A DNA stretch of 24,207 nucleotides from a virus. Lineage: Duplodnaviria > Caudoviricetes. The stretch covers positions 1-24,207 of IMG/VR virus record IMGVR_UViG_3300020556_000021, one strand, 5' to 3'. A model generated the notes under the pieces. That model had not been told where the DNA came from. It was given only the letters and a program-made list of their open reading frames with translations, and did no database searches. A program made the position numbers and the translations under genes. Positions 18,337 through 24,207 of this stretch are shown piece by piece (the stretch's first letter is position 1; the number at the start of each line of letters is the position of its first letter).

Positions 18337-19623
18337 TTATACGATCCATGAAGTTTTTACTGTTATCGGTTGCGACCAAGTAGTGTTTTGTTCCATTCCT
18401 AATGCTAAATAACGAAAGCTGTCGCTTCCATGACTTGCCCAGTCGTGCATTGGCTTGTCAAAAAAGACATTACGCTTTTCATCGTAATCGCGCCTATAGT
18501 TCCTAAGGCAGTCTAGCCCTTGCTTTACCTGTGGCATATTGAACCAACATTTCGGTAAGAGTCTACGAACTGCCTGAATACCATCATCTACAGAAAGTCT
18601 TGGCAGAACCCGAACATCTAGTCCAGCTTCTCTCAACACTTCCAATCTGCTCTTGCCTGTGCCTAGTTCTCTTACTTCTACATCGTGTGGTAGGAGTTGT
18701 TCTGCTTTCTCCCACTTATTGTCTTTTAGCCAGTTAACATACCAATCAAGTCCTTGACCATGATTTTCTACATAGTCTAGGAGTCTTACTTCTTGTCCTG
18801 TTGCTTGTGCCACCCACAACGCTGTGCTATCACCCATACCCAAATCCCAAGCCACATAAGTTCTACAGAGATCATCTCTCGTAATGTCGCAAAGTCTACC
18901 TTTTTCTTCGAGGTCGTTGATGAGTTTTCCATAGTAACTCCCCTCTACTGCTGCATTAAAACTACACTCAAACTCTTGATTGTACTTATCGTCTCCCATT
19001 TCTTTTCTGGCAGACCATAACTCTTGTTCATCTAGCAGCTTTGTTTCGCTTGCCTTAAACTGTAATGCACTCCATCCTTCTTCTTTGCCTGCTCTGTCGA
19101 ACAAGTCTTTGAAGTGGTTGTTTCCCTTGGGTGTGCCGATAAACAAGCACGACCCTTTTCTGTCTGCAAGAGCCGGTCTAATGATCTCGTTCCAAATCTT
19201 AGGATTCTGATCGCCAATTTCGTCTAGCACTACAGAGTCGAAATATTGTCCGCGCAAAGAGTCTGGGTTATCCGAGCCATAAAGCTGGATTCTCCTTCCG
19301 TAAAAATCTACTCTTAATTCCGCAATATTGGCTGTTGCATCCAATGGTCTACAGAAGTTTGTAAGGTAATCCCAAGCTACTCTCTTTGCCTGGCTATATG
19401 TCGGCGCGATATACGCATACCTAGGGTTAGGCTTATCGTTCTCCATCGCTGCTTTAATCAGCGCGTTTAGAGCCTGTACTGTCTTACCCATGCGCCTGTG
19501 TGCCACTACCACTACGAAACGATTATTCTCCATCGCCTCATGGATCTGTAACTGAGGTTCTCTTGGCTTGTAAGGGATAACGACTCGTTTTACCTCATCG
19601 TCTGCGTACTCTACTTCTCCCAA
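18337..19623 (-). CDS. terL: Terminase large subunit
   Basis: Walker A HRRMGKT, Walker B VVLDE, coupling motif FIGTPKG, nuclease WDLG...HDWASHGSDSFRY. Confidence 0.96.
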   Translation of the reverse strand: MGEVEYADDEVKRVVIPYKPREPQLQIHEAMENNRFVVVVAHRRMGKTVQALNALIKAAMENDKPNPRYAYIAPTYSQAKRVAWDYLTNFCRPLDATANIAELRVDFYGRRIQLYGSDNPDSLRGQYFDSVVLDEIGDQNPKIWNEIIRPALADRKGSCLFIGTPKGNNHFKDLFDRAGKEEGWSALQFKASETKLLDEQELWSARKEMGDDKYNQEFECSFNAAVEGSYYGKLINDLEEKGRLCDITRDDLCRTYVAWDLGMGDSTALWVAQATGQEVRLLDYVENHGQGLDWYVNWLKDNKWEKAEQLLPHDVEVRELGTGKSRLEVLREAGLDVRVLPRLSVDDGIQAVRRLLPKCWFNMPQVKQGLDCLRNYRRDYDEKRNVFFDKPMHDWASHGSDSFRYLALGMEQNTTWSQPITVKTSWIV

Positions 19624-19916
19624 GCTACCACCATCTTAAAGATGCCACCTTCTGCATTGCTTAGTTCGGTAGTGTTAACAGGCTTACCATCTATCCTGTC
19701 CATGACTTCCTTGATTGCCCAAGGCTCTCCGGCTTCTGCTGACTTGACTAACTTCTCGGTAATGTTCCTGAGTTTCTTTCGATCCTCTTGTACTAGGGCT
19801 ACTCTTAGTGCATCGTAAAAGAGTTTTCCCTTCTTACCATTCTGGTTGCCTGTAGGTGCGCCACCTTTATTAGTTGGCTCAACTTGTAGATTATTGTTTT
19901 CTGTAGAGTTTTCCAT
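19611..19916 (-). CDS. terS: Terminase small subunit
   Basis: 101 aa; GAPTGNQN and AEAGEPWAIKEVMDRIDGKP motifs; overlaps the terL start. Confidence 0.8.
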   Translation of the reverse strand: MENSTENNNLQVEPTNKGGAPTGNQNGKKGKLFYDALRVALVQEDRKKLRNITEKLVKSAEAGEPWAIKEVMDRIDGKPVNTTELSNAEGGIFKMVVAWEK

Positions 19917-19948
19917 TCCATTCCCTAAGGGTTGATGGTTGATGATGT

Positions 19949-20021
19949 TGCTATTCTACAACAGATTTGTGATATACAAATGTAGAACTTTCTGATATTC
20001 TACAAACTCACTTAAAAGGAG
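19949..20021. promoter_or_regulatory. Divergent promoter region between terS and the plus-strand gene
   Basis: Plus strand: TATACA (19973-78), 17 nt, TG-a-TATTCT (19993-20001), SD AGGAG at 20017-21. A second TG-c-TATTCT lies at 19949-57. The same boxes read TAGAAT on the minus strand, toward terS. Confidence 0.55.
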
Positions 20022-20027
20022 AATCAA

Positions 20028-20339
20028 ATGAGTAAATATTATGGTTGGTCTAATTATGAAACTTGGAACGCTAATCTTTGGATTGACAATGATTGGCGGT
20101 TATCCGAAACAATTGCACTTCATACTTCTGATTTGTTTGGCAGCTACGATGACCCAGACGATATTACTTGTCATGTTGCTGACTACATTAAAAACTTATT
20201 TCTTGATGTTGCACCAGATATAGAATCTGGCTTTTATGCCGACATCATCAACTCAGCAATCAGAACTGTAAACTGGCATGAAATTGCCAAGCACTATGTA
20301 GATTCTGAACTATCTGCTATCGAATTGCAGTCGGATTAA
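20028..20339 (+). CDS. Small acidic phage protein (GWxNYETW family, DUF7249-like)
   Basis: 103 aa; YGWSNYETWNANLWIDND and VNWHEIA motifs; strong SD; own promoter; the only credible plus-strand gene. Confidence 0.85.
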   Translation: MSKYYGWSNYETWNANLWIDNDWRLSETIALHTSDLFGSYDDPDDITCHVADYIKNLFLDVAPDIESGFYADIINSAIRTVNWHEIAKHYVDSELSAIELQSD

Positions 20340-22194
20340 ACAATATGGCTTTAGTAGGGTCTAATAGCCCTCTGTAGCCATATTCTCTTGTTAATCTTTC
20401 TAGGTCTGTCAAACTCTGTTGCGGATCTAATAAACCCTTGTTGTATGGCGATAAAAAACTTGTAGTATTTCTTGTTGCTGCTAAAAGTCCTAATTGCTCT
20501 GGATCTTTTGTAATATCGTATAGTCCAGGTACTTGAATCTGATACGGATAGCGACCCAATCCTGGCTCTGGTGTTACTTGTTCTGTTGCGCCTCTATAAG
20601 CATATGATCTGCCAGTTACAGGGTTTATGGTTTCAGCTAACCTTCTTGCTTCTTGTCCTTTGATGCCAGACCCATATTTTGTAGGATCTAGCACATCTAA
20701 ATCAGGCTTGTTGCTAAAGTGTGTAAGAGTTTCTTCTACACCAAATTTAGGTTCTACAGCGTTTATTAAATAATCTGGCATACCACCGGCAAACTGTGGT
20801 TTTGTATATTCTGCTGGCAATAGGACTGCTGCTTGTTTAGCATATCCCCACATATCGCCTTTTTTCTTTAGCTCATCGGCTAAGAATTTAATGGAGTCTG
20901 CATCGCCTCTTGCTTTTGCTTCCTGTTGCAGCTTTCTTAAATCCTCCATCTGAGAATAAAGCTCTGCATTAACAGGGGTATAGTTTACAAAGGAGTTTTG
21001 ACCTCTTGTTTCAGATGTCATGGCAATTTTTGCCAATGGACTATACATCTGCTCATGGGATGCCCAGGCTATTTCTTCGCCTTTAGCTCCGAATGGATTA
21101 CCTCGTACTGCATGACCAAAATAATCGTGTACAGCCCTAAACTGCTCGTTGCTATTTAGTCCTGTAGTTTTGTCTACTTTATTTAAAAATTCATGCTTAT
21201 CACCACCTCTAAATACTGTGAGATGGTTGTGTCCAATGATGTCTCTTAACATTTCTTGAGAATCATTGTAATTTAGATTCCCTTCATGGAATGACATCTT
21301 GACAGGCAAAGACTTGAATTGCTCTTGTGTTTCTTTTTCTAACTGCTTATATGATGCTTCTACAAGGTCATCATAATTGTTAATGCCTAATTGTTTAATA
21401 ATAGGCGCATATTCTGGATCAGCAAGATAACTCTGAAATACTTGATCTTTAGGATAATTCTGAGGCATTTCTGCTGCAATTTGATATGTTCTACCAATAC
21501 CAGACTGTTTTGCTAGGCTACTTGCAGGAATATCAATTAAAGGATTGTATGCCCTACCTTGTGTCTGGGTTATTGTTGATGCTAATTGAAAAGCTCTGTT
21601 TGTCTCTGGATTTGTTAAGAGAGATTGAACTTGCCTGTTCGCCTCTTGTTCGTCAATGCCATATACAGACTGTCCGACTCCTCTAGTGGAGATAGCTGTT
21701 CCAGGATATATCCCTTCTGCCGGAACTGTTCCAAAAGTTTGCTGTGAGATTCCCTGAGATCCTGTAGGCTCGACTTCGAGGATTCCACCTGATTCTTTGG
21801 TTGTGAAGGCTGGCTTTTCATTTAATATTCCTGTTGGTGCTTCTACAGATTGTCCAAATTTTGTTAATACTGGAGGTTTTGCCAATGTTGTAAAAGTCTT
21901 TGCGACTCCAGCAGGAGTAACGGCAGACGATAACAACTCAGTAGTCTGACCAAGCAGATTCTGAGATGGTTGTGGCAAAAACCCTCTAGCAGTAAGGTAA
22001 TCTGTAGATCCTACTACATTATTAGGATCTAGTAAACCAGATAAAGTAAATGGCAATGCTGCTAAATCTACAAATCCAGTAACTGCTTGTGGAACACCTC
22101 TTGCTACAGACCTGCCTAAATCCAACAAGGGATTTACAGACCTTTCTGTGGGAACAAACTGTGTTCCTAGTTCCAGGTCTAACAGGCTTGCCAT
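20317..22194 (-). CDS. Putative polyvalent virion effector with metallopeptidase-like and ADP-ribosyltransferase-like domains
   Basis: 625 aa; ejection-protein-like N-terminus; FRAVHDYFGH...GEEIAW...ETRGQNS central domain; C-terminal LTHFS..LDP..GSG...SYAY...LYD...GYRG pattern; SD AAGGA. The CDS is secure; domain calls are tentative. Confidence 0.6.
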   Translation of the reverse strand: MASLLDLELGTQFVPTERSVNPLLDLGRSVARGVPQAVTGFVDLAALPFTLSGLLDPNNVVGSTDYLTARGFLPQPSQNLLGQTTELLSSAVTPAGVAKTFTTLAKPPVLTKFGQSVEAPTGILNEKPAFTTKESGGILEVEPTGSQGISQQTFGTVPAEGIYPGTAISTRGVGQSVYGIDEQEANRQVQSLLTNPETNRAFQLASTITQTQGRAYNPLIDIPASSLAKQSGIGRTYQIAAEMPQNYPKDQVFQSYLADPEYAPIIKQLGINNYDDLVEASYKQLEKETQEQFKSLPVKMSFHEGNLNYNDSQEMLRDIIGHNHLTVFRGGDKHEFLNKVDKTTGLNSNEQFRAVHDYFGHAVRGNPFGAKGEEIAWASHEQMYSPLAKIAMTSETRGQNSFVNYTPVNAELYSQMEDLRKLQQEAKARGDADSIKFLADELKKKGDMWGYAKQAAVLLPAEYTKPQFAGGMPDYLINAVEPKFGVEETLTHFSNKPDLDVLDPTKYGSGIKGQEARRLAETINPVTGRSYAYRGATEQVTPEPGLGRYPYQIQVPGLYDITKDPEQLGLLAATRNTTSFLSPYNKGLLDPQQSLTDLERLTREYGYRGLLDPTKAILFNPTAIR

Positions 22195-22210
22195 ATCTAT
22201 CCTTTATTTA

Positions 22211-22501
22211 TTACCACTTAACTTTGTCAGCCCAAAACGCTGCACTCATTTTGCCCTTGGCTATGTTCTTAGCGTGTCTTGCCTTAAATGACTTTCTTCT
22301 TGCCTTGTCTGCTTGCGACTCACCTTCTCTTGGTGGGCTACCTGTCATTCCTTGCTGACCAAAACGGATGGTCTTTACCTTATCGCCTTCTTTTGCTACG
22401 ACTACATGGCTTTTAGTAGGGTGGTTTGGTGTTCTTTTGGGTTTATTAAATCCCGCTACACCGATTCTTTCTAATACTCCAGCAGCCTCTCGGATTTTCA
22501 C
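22211..22501 (-). CDS. Small basic conserved phage protein
   Basis: 96 aa; FNKPKRTPNHPTKSH, IRFGQQG, RRKSFKARH, SAAFWADKVKW; GTGA coupling. Confidence 0.85.
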   Translation of the reverse strand: MKIREAAGVLERIGVAGFNKPKRTPNHPTKSHVVVAKEGDKVKTIRFGQQGMTGSPPREGESQADKARRKSFKARHAKNIAKGKMSAAFWADKVKW

Positions 22502-22653
22502 TTCTTGACTCGCATAGACTTACCGGCTTCTGACATAGCAATAGCGATGGCTTGCTTGGGATTCTTAACAACTTTACCGCCCTTGCCAGAATGTAGCTTT
22601 CCTTCTTTGTACTCGCCCATTACTTTACCGATTTTCTTTTGTGCCTTGTTCAT
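22498..22653 (-). CDS. Small Lys-rich protein (DUF6496-like), 51 aa
   Basis: Hand-translated MNKAQKKIGKVMGEYKEGKLHSGKGGKVVKNPKQAIAIAMSEAGKSMRVKK; SD GAGG; not in the ORF track. Confidence 0.85.
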   Translation of the reverse strand: MNKAQKKIGKVMGEYKEGKLHSGKGGKVVKNPKQAIAIAMSEAGKSMRVKK

Positions 22654-23371
22654 AGAGATCCTCTAGGTTATATTTGCACCATAACAAAGGTGCTTCTTCT
22701 CCATCTGCCATGCCTCTTGCGATATGTTGTTCTATAGAAACAACTGTAGCACCTAGTGTACTAAGTCCATCTACCATATCAGGGTAAACCCTATGCTTAA
22801 ATCGTTCTGCGTTTGCCTTGCTTGCCTCGGACTCTCCGTTGGCATCGTAGCCGTTAGAATCGTGATCTAGGGCGATAAAAGTACCATCTTTGTACCCTAG
22901 GGGTATCCCGACTGATTCGAGCCTTTTAGCAAGGTCTGTGTCCTCGTAGCCCCATCCCCAATAAGTATTGGAGTATCCGTTACAGGCTTCAAAATGCCAC
23001 TTACGCATGACTGCAACTGCTGCTAATCCGTAGCGTTGCGCGATTACTGCTCTGTCTGTACCATGTCCTACTGGTCGTTTATCCAGTCCATACCAGACTA
23101 TTCTGCTTGGTAGGCTAGGTTCGCTGTAGTCTGCCCACATTGGCATATAGTCTACATCGTTAAAACACACATAATCGATCATGCCTGCACAAGCTGCGTA
23201 AGCATGATTGAGTATTGCGCCTTTGTTGAAAGGTAGATCATCGTCTTGTTCGGCTAGAACAAACAATGGTTCTATGTCGGTATTTCTACGAAAAAATGAG
23301 ACTGTATGAGGGAGCATCTTGGTTAGATGCGCCTCTCTGTCTCTATATGGGATTATTATCCCTAATCTCAA
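22625..23371 (-). CDS. Beta-1,4-galactosyltransferase family (GT7) glycosyltransferase
   Basis: 248 aa; IIIPYRDREAHL, EQ..LPFNKGAILN, FNDVD (DxD), NGYSNTYWGWGYEDTDL; TTG start overlaps the upstream TGA; no membrane anchor. Confidence 0.9.
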   Translation of the reverse strand: MRLGIIIPYRDREAHLTKMLPHTVSFFRRNTDIEPLFVLAEQDDDLPFNKGAILNHAYAACAGMIDYVCFNDVDYMPMWADYSEPSLPSRIVWYGLDKRPVGHGTDRAVIAQRYGLAAVAVMRKWHFEACNGYSNTYWGWGYEDTDLAKRLESVGIPLGYKDGTFIALDHDSNGYDANGESEASKANAERFKHRVYPDMVDGLSTLGATVVSIEQHIARGMADGEEAPLLWCKYNLEDLYEQGTKENR

Positions 23372-23526
23372 GATTTCTTTTTGTAAGGTTTAGCAGTTTT
23401 AGCTGCTTGTTTAAAGTCTGCTGCGGAAGGTGCTGCTTTGCTACCAGGCTTATTCATCTTCTCGCCTGATCCTTCTTTTATCCGTTTTCTCTTTGCTGCG
23501 ATATTACTGTAGAGACCCTGTTTCAT
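23368..23526 (-). CDS. Small Lys-rich conserved phage protein, 52 aa
   Basis: Hand-translated MKQGLYSNIAAKRKRIKEGSGEKMNKPGSKAAPSAADFKQAAKTAKPYKKKS; SD GAGGAGG; ATGA coupling. Confidence 0.85.
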   Translation of the reverse strand: MKQGLYSNIAAKRKRIKEGSGEKMNKPGSKAAPSAADFKQAAKTAKPYKKKS

Positions 23527-23888
23527 TCTTCCTCCTCGTATTCTTCTTCCTCACCGACAGCTTCCCAAGCCTGACAGCCATTCTCATCGGCACATACAAA
23601 GTCGAATATAGCACAATGACCCATGCCTTTACCAACTCCGCACTTGGTCATTTCTTCGCCTTGCATATAGTATTCGCAGGCTTTACATTTACCTTCGCCA
23701 TCCTTACGCGCACCATAGTTGGCGGTCAAGATAGCCTTTTTCTTGTTGCCTTTGTTAATATCGGCATCAACTGTCGAGAGTGGGCAAGACTCGGTATCGG
23801 ACTCTAATAGACCGCCCTCGGACTTCTCAGCCATCTTAGGCTCTTTGCCTAACAGACCGATCATTATTGACATACCTTTTTCTTTCAT
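23523..23888 (-). CDS. Cys-rich acidic protein, first gene of the late operon (HiPIP-like Cys pattern)
   Basis: 121 aa; CKACEYY...GHCAIFDFVC..ENGCQAW and an acidic tail. Confidence 0.7.
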   Translation of the reverse strand: MKEKGMSIMIGLLGKEPKMAEKSEGGLLESDTESCPLSTVDADINKGNKKKAILTANYGARKDGEGKCKACEYYMQGEEMTKCGVGKGMGHCAIFDFVCADENGCQAWEAVGEEEEYEEEE

Positions 23889-23897
23889 ATCGCACCC

Positions 23898-23922
23898 AAA
23901 AAAAAGCCCTATTGCTAGGGCT
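23898..23922 (-). terminator. Intrinsic terminator in the late leader
   Basis: Minus strand AGCCCTA-GCAA-TAGGGCT followed by a T run (8 T including the last stem base); GNRA tetraloop. Confidence 0.9.
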
Positions 23923-23965
23923 ATAAAGAAGAATCACTAAATTCTGGGTGCAATGACCCAAGCAA

Positions 23966-23994
23966 ATTATAAAACATTTTTAGGCTTTCTACAA
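23966..23994 (-). promoter_or_regulatory. Sigma70-type late promoter (pR'-like)
   Basis: TTGTAG (23994-89), 17-nt spacer, perfect TATAAT (23971-66). Confidence 0.8.
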
Positions 23995-24092
23995 TGAAAA
24001 CAAATAAATCGTTCATTAATCCCATTGTTGTAGATTTCGAAAATCCCATTCTCGGTTGTCTTTCTCTCCTGACACCTTGAGCATATCCGCAT
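23967..24092 (-). CDS. Putative CxxC-CxxC zinc-finger miniprotein (41 aa; 59 aa if started at 24146)
   Basis: Hand-translated MRICSRCQERKTTENGIFEIYNNGINERFICFHCRKPKNVL; overlaps the upstream gene in another frame; SD poorly spaced. Confidence 0.55.
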   Translation of the reverse strand: MRICSRCQERKTTENGIFEIYNNGINERFICFHCRKPKNVL

Positions 24093-24207
24093 AGTCCTTA
24101 GATTTGGTTTTCTTGTCGAGTTGGTCTTGGAGTCGCTTTTTAGCATTGTGTAGGTCTGTTTCGAATCGCTTTGTAGATATTCTAAGGTGATGGGCTAGTT
24201 GATTCTG
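24016..24207 (-). CDS. 3' end of an HTH protein, putative antitermination Q-like / sigma region-4-like late regulator (partial)
   Basis: Hand-translated ...QNQLAHHLRISTKRFETDLHNAKKRLQDQL...QQWD*; HTH-like pattern; lies directly upstream of the promoter-terminator pair. Confidence 0.6.
   Translation of the reverse strand, partial: QNQLAHHLRISTKRFETDLHNAKKRLQDQLDKKTKSKDYADMLKVSGEKDNREWDFRNLQQWD

Noticed and set aside
6161-19210. Many 60-170 aa plus-strand or alternative-frame ORFs within structural genes
   Set aside because: They overlap well-supported minus-strand genes and have no recognisable motifs.
19955-19990. TCTACAACAG / TGTAGA resembling a Cas12a repeat or an RNA anti-CRISPR
   Set aside because: Only ~10 nt match, the TCTAC-N4-GTAGA hairpin is missing, and there is no repeat-spacer periodicity or cas gene; better explained as promoter boxes.
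23266-23940. Plus-strand ORFs of 67, 125 and 73 aa
   Set aside because: Antisense to a tightly coupled chain of minus-strand genes with good SDs.
1-24207. tRNA, rRNA, integrase, transposase, intron or intein
   Set aside because: None recognised; intergenic gaps are very short, and terL, portal and capsid appear uninterrupted and of normal length.

Overview
A ~42% GC segment of a tailed dsDNA phage (podovirus-like, P22/SU10-type morphogenesis genes) containing nearly the whole late operon on the minus strand. Read right to left: 3' end of a Q-antiterminator-like HTH gene; a sigma70 promoter, short leader and intrinsic terminator; small Cys-rich and basic proteins; a GT7 glycosyltransferase; a 625-aa putative injected effector with a lone convergent plus-strand gene; terS, terL, portal, scaffold and major capsid; GT11 and GT-A glycosyltransferases; adaptor, tail fibres and tail hub; four ejection-protein candidates; a second tail fibre with its chaperone; and the start of a probable lysis module. 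Most notable: (1) three different soluble glycosyltransferases (GT7, GT11, GT2-like) coupled into the head module, a candidate virion-glycosylation pathway; (2) a metallopeptidase-like plus ADP-ribosyltransferase-like effector with a convergent, separately promoted small gene; (3) a lambda pR'/tR'-like late control region whose leader can adopt alternative folds. Family assignments come from motif recognition by eye; no searches were run.
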